Positions 8,349 through 16,581 of a stretch of 64,000 nt of DNA are shown here, piece by piece (positions within the stretch are counted from its first letter, which is position 1; each line of letters starts with the position of its first letter). The translations under genes and the position numbers were made by a program. The notes beneath the pieces were generated by a model. It was not told the origin of the DNA and made no database searches. It saw only the letters and a list, made by a program, of their open reading frames with translations. Source of the DNA: a virus; the IMG/VR virus record IMGVR_UViG_3300047564_002270, positions 64,001-128,000 of that record; one strand, written 5' to 3'.

Positions 8349-9326
8349 ATGTCTTTCGCAAATCTTAAAAAGCAATCTAAACTTGGTTCTCTCACCGATA
8401 AACTGGTGAAAGAAGTTGAAAAAATGGGTTCTACATCTTCAGGAGAAGATACCCGTTTCTGGAAACCTACGATGGGTAAGGATAACGTAGGTTCTGCTGT
8501 TATTCGTTTTCTTCCTGCTCCAGATGGAGAAGATATTCCTTGGGTAAAAATGTTTGCTCACGGTTTCCAAGGTTCTGGTGGTTGGTATATTGAGAACTCT
8601 CTGACTACTCTTGGTCAAAAAGATCCTGTAACCGAATACAATCGCGGTCTTTGGAATAGTGGTAACGATAAAGATAAAGAAACTGTTCGTAAGCAAAAGC
8701 GTAAGTTGTCTTATTACAGCAACATTTATGTTGTAAAGGATCCTACCAACCCTGAGAACGAAGGTAAGGTCTTCCTGTTTAAGTTCGGTAAGAAAATCTT
8801 TGATAAAATTCTGAATGCAATGCAACCAGAATTTGAAGATGAGACTCCTATTAATCCCTTTGATTTTTGGGGTGGAGCAAACTTCCGCCTTAAGATCCGT
8901 AAGGTTGAAGGTTATTGGAACTACGATAAATCTGAGTTTGATTCTTCTGGACCTCTTCTTGATGATGACGATGCAATGGAAGCAATCTGGAAGAAAGAGT
9001 ATTCTCTCTCTGCTTTGATTGCCCCAGATCAATTCAAGACCTACGAAGAACTTGAGAAGCGCCTGAACTATGTTCTTGGCGTAGGTAAAGTTGCTCCTAA
9101 GTCTGCTTCTGCTGATGTGGAAGAAGAATACGAGTCTTATATGCCTAAGCGTTCTTCTGAAGAGAATGTGATGGAAGAACTTGAAGAGTCTTATCGGAAG
9201 AGTAAATCTGCTCCCCCAGTTCCTCAGAGTGTCAAAGAAGAACTCAATCGACTGTCCTCTTCTGCTTCCGATGATGAAGATGAAGACGATGCAATGAGTT
9301 ACTTCAAGCGTCTTGCTGAAGAGTGA
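8349..9326 (+). CDS. gp32: Single-stranded DNA-binding protein gp32
   Basis: AVIRFLP, WYIENSLTT, GKKIFDKI and NYDKSEF motifs; acidic C-tail. Confidence 0.97.
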   Translation: MSFANLKKQSKLGSLTDKLVKEVEKMGSTSSGEDTRFWKPTMGKDNVGSAVIRFLPAPDGEDIPWVKMFAHGFQGSGGWYIENSLTTLGQKDPVTEYNRGLWNSGNDKDKETVRKQKRKLSYYSNIYVVKDPTNPENEGKVFLFKFGKKIFDKILNAMQPEFEDETPINPFDFWGGANFRLKIRKVEGYWNYDKSEFDSSGPLLDDDDAMEAIWKKEYSLSALIAPDQFKTYEELEKRLNYVLGVGKVAPKSASADVEEEYESYMPKRSSEENVMEELEESYRKSKSAPPVPQSVKEELNRLSSSASDDEDEDDAMSYFKRLAEE

Positions 9327-9998
9327 TTAGTTCTCGTAAAGTCTGATATCATCAACTCTCTTAAGGGTGGGGTCAATGTATTGATCTCCACCCTCTTTAT
9401 ATGGCATTGTATTTTCCATATCATTCATAATGACAGGAACATAGTCTGATTTAAGTAGAAAAATATTTCTTTTTTTCTCTTCTTTTCTTACTTCATAATC
9501 ATAGTTTGAAATCGCAATAGTTATATTAAACTCCTGTTTATCTTGACCTAGACCATAATCAAAATATCTCACATTAAAAGATGATGGAACAGTTAGACCA
9601 GATTTAACGATAATATTTCCAGAACTATCTTTAACTTCTATGGTCTCATAGTGGTGAGTGCCATAAACAACATCATAAGTATTATATTTTTCTAGTAAGT
9701 ATTTGTCGAATGTTTCTTGACTCATTGGCCACTCATCATATACGTTAACTATATTATTTGACAAAAGAACGATCCAATCTAAAGAAGAATCTCCATAAAT
9801 TTTTTCAGCAATATTATCAGGTCTTTCGTCTCCGATGATGTTATATTTGGTAAAGAAGATTAGATTTCCAAAAATATCATCTCTAATTTTACCCCTTTTA
9901 AATAAATTTTTTGTTCTTGTGTAATTTGATATTTGATCTTGAGACGTATTTCTATTGATATATTCTAAATTTGGTAAGTATCTAAAGTAGTATGCCAT
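9327..9998 (-). CDS. gp53: Baseplate wedge subunit gp53
   Basis: YFRYLPN, ERPDNIA..IYGD..LDWIVLLSN and HHYET motifs. Confidence 0.9.
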   Translation of the reverse strand: MAYYFRYLPNLEYINRNTSQDQISNYTRTKNLFKRGKIRDDIFGNLIFFTKYNIIGDERPDNIAEKIYGDSSLDWIVLLSNNIVNVYDEWPMSQETFDKYLLEKYNTYDVVYGTHHYETIEVKDSSGNIIVKSGLTVPSSFNVRYFDYGLGQDKQEFNITIAISNYDYEVRKEEKKRNIFLLKSDYVPVIMNDMENTMPYKEGGDQYIDPTLKRVDDIRLYEN

Positions 9999-10001
9999 TT
10001 T

Positions 10002-11363
10002 TTACCATCCCATTCCTGTTTTACCATCGCCCTTTTCATAATCTGGTTCGTAGATAGGATCAATCTCTCCGAAAGTCATACTTAAATCATATTGAGTCAT
10101 TGATCCTCCCTCAGCATAAGTCATATAATTTCCATCTGGTGAGTAATTAACAGAGAAATCTCTTAATGCTGCTACTTTAATTCTATTTAAGTATGGGTGA
10201 TTTTCTGCTCTATCTCCTCTTCCAGTGTAAATGTATCTTATTTTGAATACATTTGGCGCTAATAGGAATAGTTTTGATTGAGATAGACCAGGAACCATAC
10301 TCTTTTTAAAGTATCTGATGATGTCTTTAATCAGTTGTGCTTCTTTTGGTTCTCTTGGAGTCAGTTTAAAATTAAATGTAAAACTTCTTAGCATCGGTCC
10401 ATTGAATAATAATTCAAGGTTATTGTTTATTGCTCCTCCAATTGTTCTTGAAAGCAATCCTGGTCTTCCGACTGCTTGCTCCGTAAAATAATTGATTAAA
10501 AGTGCTCTTAATTCTGGACCAGCTGACTCAAAAGATTTTCCTACATCTCTAGTCGAGTTAGCAATTTCCTTAAAATAATTACCCACATCACCAGCACCTG
10601 CTGCACCAATTATATTATAAGCAGCACTTGCAAATGCTGCAGTGATTGGATTTAGATCTCCTGATCCCCAATCGACTGACATTGAGTCAACAATTCCCGA
10701 TTGAATTGGGAGGCAAATTGTTGCCAATGTTTCTGATTTTCTATCCTCCATTCCAGTTAAGGCAACACTAAAACGACCTGTTCCTTGCGTTCCAGCTGGT
10801 GCAAGACCAGATTTTTTATATGATTTAATTTCAAATTGGATATAATCACCACCAATACCTTGCCTATTTAAAGGATAAACAAGAAGTGTTCCTTTATCAT
10901 AATTGTTTATTCTCTGGGTTGCTTCTCCAAAGGGATTGGTATTTGCATCATAAGCAGATGTTCCTCCAGTATTTGGTGCTGCCGTTGACGCTGGGGCAGG
11001 GGGATCAGTTGCAGTTGCTGGACCAACTCCAGCAGTTTTAGCACCGTTAGATAAGTATGATTGAACGGATGCTTTTAATTTTTCAGTTGTTGCCGCATTA
11101 TATCCGGATATTTGTCCATTTGCAACATCTTGAATACTAGTATATTGAGATGTTGCAGCACCTGTTCCTCTTCGATATAATATATCTCCATTGTTTGCAA
11201 TCGAGATATACATTGTTTTGACAATCGGATCTGTACTATTTGGATCTAAAGGCACAAATCCATTCGTTGCCAATTTATTATTTCCATTCGCGTCCTTATA
11301 TGTATTATTTACAAAAGTTTTTTCGTTTGTAATTGTAGTATCTTTGACATTCCAAAAAGGCAT
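10002..11363 (-). CDS. gp48: Baseplate tail-tube cap gp48
   Basis: NNNLELLFNGP.LRSFTF.FKLTPR...EA..I..II..FK and VNYSPDG motifs. Confidence 0.88.
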   Translation of the reverse strand: MPFWNVKDTTITNEKTFVNNTYKDANGNNKLATNGFVPLDPNSTDPIVKTMYISIANNGDILYRRGTGAATSQYTSIQDVANGQISGYNAATTEKLKASVQSYLSNGAKTAGVGPATATDPPAPASTAAPNTGGTSAYDANTNPFGEATQRINNYDKGTLLVYPLNRQGIGGDYIQFEIKSYKKSGLAPAGTQGTGRFSVALTGMEDRKSETLATICLPIQSGIVDSMSVDWGSGDLNPITAAFASAAYNIIGAAGAGDVGNYFKEIANSTRDVGKSFESAGPELRALLINYFTEQAVGRPGLLSRTIGGAINNNLELLFNGPMLRSFTFNFKLTPREPKEAQLIKDIIRYFKKSMVPGLSQSKLFLLAPNVFKIRYIYTGRGDRAENHPYLNRIKVAALRDFSVNYSPDGNYMTYAEGGSMTQYDLSMTFGEIDPIYEPDYEKGDGKTGMGW

Positions 11364-11425
11364 CAGAAATTCCCCCTACGCGCAAGGGATGCAAGAACTT
11401 TACGTGATCTATTCCTTATTGACAT
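11363..11425 (-). CDS. 20-aa basic leader peptide MSIRNRSRKVLASLARRGNF
   Basis: Lies between a TATAAATA late promoter and gp48; its TGA overlaps the gp48 ATG. Confidence 0.45.
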   Translation of the reverse strand: MSIRNRSRKVLASLARRGNF

Positions 11426-11449
11426 TTTGACGATAAAGTTCTTTATGTA

Positions 11450-11457
11450 TATTTATA
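11450..11457 (-). promoter_or_regulatory. T4-type late promoter
   Basis: TATAAATA on the minus strand. Confidence 0.75.
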
Positions 11458-11908
11458 GACCTAATTCGTCCTCTGTGATAATTCTGAATTCTATTCTTCG
11501 ATCATCACACCATTCTTTTGCTGCTCTCCATTTAGCAACATTTTTTTCATAAGTTAGTGCTTCAGTTATATATGTTTTATTTTGTTTTTTTGGAGAACGA
11601 ACAGGTGGTTTAGTTTGTTTTTTTGGTTTGACTTCAATTAAATATTTTTTAATCAATCCATTTTGCTCTTGAACCTTGATAATAAAATCTGGATAGTATC
11701 TTCTGACCTTATTAGTTGTTGGATCTACATAAGGAATAAAAAATTCTTCACTTCCCCACTCTAAAATATTTACCTTTCGGTCACAATATCTCATAAATCG
11801 AAGTTCCCAAGAACTCCTGTAAATAATATTTCTTGGATCTCCTTTATATTTTTGAGGATTTTGTGGGTTAAATCTTCCCTGATGATACTTACTTTCCCGA
11901 TCTCTCAT
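11453..11908 (-). CDS. gp4: Head completion nuclease gp4
   Basis: KYKGD...IIYRSSWE, RYYPDF, IEVKP and ITE motifs. Confidence 0.92.
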   Translation of the reverse strand: MRDRESKYHQGRFNPQNPQKYKGDPRNIIYRSSWELRFMRYCDRKVNILEWGSEEFFIPYVDPTTNKVRRYYPDFIIKVQEQNGLIKKYLIEVKPKKQTKPPVRSPKKQNKTYITEALTYEKNVAKWRAAKEWCDDRRIEFRIITEDELGL

Positions 11909-11946
11909 ATCCTGACTACATAATATATAATAAAATATTTATCCTA

Positions 11947-12849
11947 ATGGCAGGAGCTGTAGCAAAGCATTATAAGGTTTCGGAAATTAAACAGAAATTG
12001 ATGCGTCCGGCGCAGACTTCTGTTTATATGGTAGAGGTATTAACAAACCAAGAAGTAAATTCTTTTGTTTCTAGTAGGGGAGTCAGTGAAGCAAAACATA
12101 AGGAAATGATTAATCTTGCTTGCTGTGAAGCAAGTCTTCCTGGATCTAGTTTGGCAACGCACGAAGTCAATAATGACTATCACGGATCAACTGAAAAAAT
12201 GGTGTATCGTAGAATTTACGATGACACTATTGATTTAACTTTTTATGTTGATCACGAATATGCAGTTATTAAATATTTTCAGGGATGGATGAATTTTATT
12301 GTTGGTGAAGGGGAATACTTTGACTCAGAGCAGTATAAAAATCCTGCAACTTTTTACAGGATGCAATACCCAAAAAGATACAAGAGTGACATTCACCTTA
12401 TTAAATTTGAAAAAGATGTAAGTAAAAATTCTCCCAGACCCACACTTCAATATCAATTTATACAAGCATTTCCGATCAATATTGTTTCTACTCCAATATC
12501 TTATGATGCAAGTGATTTATTAAAAATTACGGTTTCTTTCTCTTATGTTAGATATGTAATGACTAATAGATTTAGTCCTTCTTATCAAAATGCAACTAGA
12601 AAACCTCCCATCATAGGAGATCCTGCAGATCAAGCTACAATAAATGGAAATGCTTTAAGTCCTTCATATCCATTTACTCCAGGAGTTCCTGAGTTATATA
12701 CTGCAGCAACAGCATTGGACGGAACTCAATATTTTAATGACAGTTTAAGAAATTTACCAAATACATTTTCTTATAACTCTTTTGCACCAAATGCTTCTAA
12801 CCCACCAGTTGGTGATTTTGGAACTCCTGGAACCTCTGGATTTGCGTAA
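11947..12849 (+). CDS. Tail tube-like / tube initiator protein (gp19/gp54 family)
   Basis: CCEASLPG, DLTFYVD, AFP.NI and ITVSFSY motifs. Confidence 0.75.
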   Translation: MAGAVAKHYKVSEIKQKLMRPAQTSVYMVEVLTNQEVNSFVSSRGVSEAKHKEMINLACCEASLPGSSLATHEVNNDYHGSTEKMVYRRIYDDTIDLTFYVDHEYAVIKYFQGWMNFIVGEGEYFDSEQYKNPATFYRMQYPKRYKSDIHLIKFEKDVSKNSPRPTLQYQFIQAFPINIVSTPISYDASDLLKITVSFSYVRYVMTNRFSPSYQNATRKPPIIGDPADQATINGNALSPSYPFTPGVPELYTAATALDGTQYFNDSLRNLPNTFSYNSFAPNASNPPVGDFGTPGTSGFA

Positions 12850-12880
12850 TAAATAAAACACCTGAATTGTATAGGAGATT

Positions 12881-13600
12881 ATGCCTTTACCAAAGATTTC
12901 TACTCCGACTTATGAGTTGGAATTGCCATCAACTGGAGAATCAATTAGATATAGACCGTTCTTAGTAAGAGAAGAAAAACTTCTTGTTCTTGCCCTTGAG
13001 AGTGAAAACACTAAAGATATTACGAATGCAATTAAAACAGTTATTAAAAATTGCATTCAATCAAAAGGAATTAAAGTTGAAATTCTTCCTACATTTGATA
13101 TTGAATATTTGTTCCTTAACATTCGTGGAAAATCAGTTGGCGAAGAAATAGAAGTTAATTTGATTTGCCCAGATGATAGTGAAACAACAGTATTAACTAA
13201 GATTGCTGTTGATGATATTCAGGTTAAAAAGAATGAAGAGCATACTAATCAAATTAAGATTGATGATAATTTGATGATGGAAATGAAGTATCCATCATTA
13301 GATCAGTTCATTAAGAGTAATTTTGATTTTTCTTCTGGAAACAATATGGATCAATCTTTTGATTTGATTGTTTCTTGTATTGCTAAGATTTATAACGCAG
13401 AAGAAGTTTGGTCTTCATCAGATGTGACTAAGAAAGAACTTGTCGATTTCTTAGATCAAATGAACTCATCACAATTTAAACAAATTGAAAAGTTCTTTGA
13501 GACTATGCCTAAACTTTCCCACGAAGTTAAGATTACAAATCCAAATACAAATGTTGAAAGCACTGTTGTTCTTGAGGGGCTATCGAGTTTTTTCGCGTAG
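12881..13600 (+). CDS. gp26: Baseplate hub assembly protein (gp26-like); probable tail assembly chaperone
   Basis: MPLPKI.TPTYEL.LPS, YRPFLVREEK, IRGKSVGE and FFETMP motifs; ends in SSFFA. Confidence 0.85.
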   Translation: MPLPKISTPTYELELPSTGESIRYRPFLVREEKLLVLALESENTKDITNAIKTVIKNCIQSKGIKVEILPTFDIEYLFLNIRGKSVGEEIEVNLICPDDSETTVLTKIAVDDIQVKKNEEHTNQIKIDDNLMMEMKYPSLDQFIKSNFDFSSGNNMDQSFDLIVSCIAKIYNAEEVWSSSDVTKKELVDFLDQMNSSQFKQIEKFFETMPKLSHEVKITNPNTNVESTVVLEGLSSFFA

Positions 13601-13621
13601 CAATGGTCCATATGGACCTTG
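13574..13621 (+). promoter_or_regulatory. Candidate programmed -1 ribosomal frameshift cassette
   Basis: GAGGGG (13574-79), slippery T-TTT-TTC (13588-94), 6-nt spacer and hairpin (13601-21). The -1 frame is open into the next ORF. Confidence 0.65.
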
Positions 13622-13776
13622 AGAATTATTATAAATTAAATTTTGCTTTGATGCAGTATCATAAATACTCATTGACCGAAATTGAAAACTTGATGCCTTG
13701 GGAACGTGATGTTTATGTTATGCTTCTAGAGCAGCACTTAGAAGAAGAAAGACAAAAACAACAGCAAAAACAGTAA
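13603..13776 (+). CDS. gp51: gp51-like baseplate hub assembly catalyst, 57 aa (not in the ORF track); probable frameshift extension of the upstream gene
   Basis: LENYYKLNFALMQYHKYSLTEIENLMPWERDVY. Confidence 0.85.
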   Translation: MVHMDLENYYKLNFALMQYHKYSLTEIENLMPWERDVYVMLLEQHLEEERQKQQQKQ

Positions 13777-16569
13777 ATGGCAGTCGAGGATCCTACTAAA
13801 AAACAAATAGAAGAAGTAGATCCAGAAGTTGCCAAAATTCTTGGGTTGGAGGATAACTTTGACTTAGAATATGATGAGTATATGCAATTGTTGAGAGAAA
13901 CAATTGTTAAAAGTTCCTTCGATGAAAAGTCAAAGTTATCTGAAGATGATCTAGCAAAACTTGCTAACGAAAGAAAGAGAATAAGAGATCTTAAAGGATC
14001 TAAATTTACTGCAGCAAAAAAAGGAATAAATGTAGACTCTTTTTTTAATAAGAAACCTCAAGGTCAAGGGACAAATCAAAAACCCGTCACAGATCCTGCA
14101 AAGTTATTATCAGGATCTGGAGGTGCTTTAGCAAATTACCAACCACCAGAACCTGAACAAGAACAAGAAAAACAGGTAGATAATAATTCAAAAAAGATTG
14201 GGGAAATAGAAAAGTTTTTAAATGGATCTCTACTTGATATTGTAAAAGAAATTAGAGGATTGACCGAGAGTATCCTTTCTATATTACAAAAACAGTCTTC
14301 TGCTGATAAAAAGGGATCGGAATTATCAAGAAGAGAAAGAGAGAAGACTGGAAAGGAAGGTAAGGAGAAAGATTTAGAAGGCAAGAAGGAAGAGAAAAAG
14401 GGTTTAGGACTAATCAATAAAATTCTTAAACCCTTTACGAGTATCTTTGATACGATTAAGAATTTTATAATGATGGTTCTTCTTGGGTCTTTGGTTAATT
14501 GGTTATTTACTGTCTTACAAAATCCAATGACATTACTCAAACCTATACAGGGTTTGATTGATGGTATAACTGGTTTCTTTAATACAGTTATACAATTTAT
14601 TGATAAGATGGTTGTTCAACCGGTGAGAAATTTTATTGATGCAATTAATTCTGCATTGAATGGTTTTATTGGTCTTTTGAATGGTGCATTAAAAATGCTT
14701 CCGGGTTCCCCTCAAATAGGGTCTGCGAATATTCCTAACATTCCACAAGCTCCAGAACTTCAAGCACCCAATATTACTGGTGAACCAAAGAACCCAGAAC
14801 CTAAACCAACTGCAGGTCCACCAATTAATCTTAAATTTACTGGTGGAGAAGTTAGACCTCCAAAAGTAGTAAAAAAAGAAACTGGTGGATCTATTCCAGG
14901 AAATGCAGCAGATAGGAAAAAATTATCTTTTAATGATACAGTTTCAAGAGAGGGTGGAAATGTATCTTCTAAAACTACTTCATTCAATGTTTCTGGTCTA
15001 GGTCCCGATAAACATCTAACTGCTCTTTCAACTGGAGAATATGTATTAAAGAAAGGTGCTGCTGATTGGTTAGGAGGTCCAGTATATCTTGATAATATCA
15101 ATAAGATGTTTGGTGGAACAACTGAAAGAAAAGTTGCTAATCTTGGAGATATTAAAATTGAAGCGAAGTCGACTGGAGGTCAGATTGGTGGATCTAGTGG
15201 TTCCAATGGTGCTAGAGGATCTAGTGGTTCCAGTGGTTCCAATGGTGCTAGAGGATCTAGTGGTGCTAGTAGTTCTGGAGGTTCTTCAAATGGATTTAAG
15301 ATTGGTGATAGAATTTTTAGCCCGACAGAATATAGTAAGAATGTAATATCAACTCGTTATATTACAGTTGGTAAAAATCCTCCAAAATCATATGTTCTTG
15401 GATATGTTAGAGATAGTGCAAGTAGTGGAAAATATACTATTAAAATGGTCAATAAACTAGTGTCTTCTGCTGGATTGGGAAAGTTAGTTGGAAAAAGCGA
15501 CGAATTGACCGGAGTTCTTCCATCAAGTCCAGAAGGACAATCTATTTTAAAATCTGCAAACGTTGCTGATTATTTTAGAACTGTAGTTGGCACTGCAAAA
15601 ATGTTTAAACTCGAATTGAAATATGATAAAGATGCGGATATTCAATATTGGTATAATCAAGCATATCAAACACATTATAATGATTGGAAGGATAAATTAG
15701 GAGTATCTGATGAAAAGGCTAAGCAGATGGCATCAGTTGCTGCTGCTGAATTTGCAATATCTAAATCTAAAGGATCTAAAGGGTCTTGGTTGCCTGGATC
15801 ACCACAATCCAAAGCTCCTGAGTCTTTAAGATATCAAGGTGTTGAAACTGATAATCTATCGGGACCTGCATCTGCAGACTCTCCGGCAGCAGATGCTCCT
15901 AAAGACGATAAAACATTAAAATTTGATGATGCCGCTTTAACCTCAGGAACAATCTATGGGGACCCTGCAAAAGACTCTTATGCAAGTCCATCTACTCCAT
16001 TAATTCCTACTGGACCTGGATCTAGAAATCCTCAAAGTGAAACTGGAGAACCTAAGAAATCAACTCAATCTCAACCATCAACACCATTAATTCCTTCTTC
16101 ACCACCATCATCTTCATCATTATCTGAAGACCAACTTAATAAAATGTCGGTGGATCAATTGAGTAAAATGTTAGATCCATCAAAAGTTGGAGCATCTAAT
16201 CCAGCAGTTTTTGAAGCTGCTACAAGAGCTAGAGAAGAGGGTAAAGCACAAGGTCTTACTGGGGAAGTATTAGAAAAGAAAGTATTAATAGCATCTATTT
16301 TAGCAAAGAAAGGTGGAGCATCATCTGCTGTTTCTTCACCTACAACTTCTCCTTCTATAGCACCTGGGAAACCACCTAATATACCAGGTGTTCCCGAAAG
16401 TCAACCAAGTGTATCTATGTTGCCACTACCATCTGTTGGGAAAGGAGGAAACCCACAATCAGGAATGACAAAAACTGGATCAACACCTGTTGTTTATTTT
16501 AATTCTTATGACAGTAGTGAGGCTGCTATAATTACAACCGCAGCTCTTTATAACATCTGGGGAATGTAG
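13777..16569 (+). CDS. Tape-measure-like virion protein 1
   Basis: Coiled-coil and amphipathic N-half; G.GPD...ALSTGEYVL motif typical of tape-measure C-termini; low-complexity linkers. Confidence 0.65.
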   Translation: MAVEDPTKKQIEEVDPEVAKILGLEDNFDLEYDEYMQLLRETIVKSSFDEKSKLSEDDLAKLANERKRIRDLKGSKFTAAKKGINVDSFFNKKPQGQGTNQKPVTDPAKLLSGSGGALANYQPPEPEQEQEKQVDNNSKKIGEIEKFLNGSLLDIVKEIRGLTESILSILQKQSSADKKGSELSRREREKTGKEGKEKDLEGKKEEKKGLGLINKILKPFTSIFDTIKNFIMMVLLGSLVNWLFTVLQNPMTLLKPIQGLIDGITGFFNTVIQFIDKMVVQPVRNFIDAINSALNGFIGLLNGALKMLPGSPQIGSANIPNIPQAPELQAPNITGEPKNPEPKPTAGPPINLKFTGGEVRPPKVVKKETGGSIPGNAADRKKLSFNDTVSREGGNVSSKTTSFNVSGLGPDKHLTALSTGEYVLKKGAADWLGGPVYLDNINKMFGGTTERKVANLGDIKIEAKSTGGQIGGSSGSNGARGSSGSSGSNGARGSSGASSSGGSSNGFKIGDRIFSPTEYSKNVISTRYITVGKNPPKSYVLGYVRDSASSGKYTIKMVNKLVSSAGLGKLVGKSDELTGVLPSSPEGQSILKSANVADYFRTVVGTAKMFKLELKYDKDADIQYWYNQAYQTHYNDWKDKLGVSDEKAKQMASVAAAEFAISKSKGSKGSWLPGSPQSKAPESLRYQGVETDNLSGPASADSPAADAPKDDKTLKFDDAALTSGTIYGDPAKDSYASPSTPLIPTGPGSRNPQSETGEPKKSTQSQPSTPLIPSSPPSSSSLSEDQLNKMSVDQLSKMLDPSKVGASNPAVFEAATRAREEGKAQGLTGEVLEKKVLIASILAKKGGASSAVSSPTTSPSIAPGKPPNIPGVPESQPSVSMLPLPSVGKGGNPQSGMTKTGSTPVVYFNSYDSSEAAIITTAALYNIWGM
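15190..15270 (+). repeat. Tandem coding repeat (GSSGSNGAR)
   Basis: AGTGGTTCCAATGGTGCTAGAGGATCTAGTGGT occurs twice. Confidence 0.8.
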
Positions 16570-16581
16570 GGGGATAGATAG

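Noticed and set aside
8439-9032. 197-aa ORF antisense to gp32
   Set aside because: Shadow of a well-supported core gene.
11453-11908. TnsA-like transposase
   Set aside because: Same nuclease fold, but motifs and position next to gp48/gp53 indicate head completion protein gp4.
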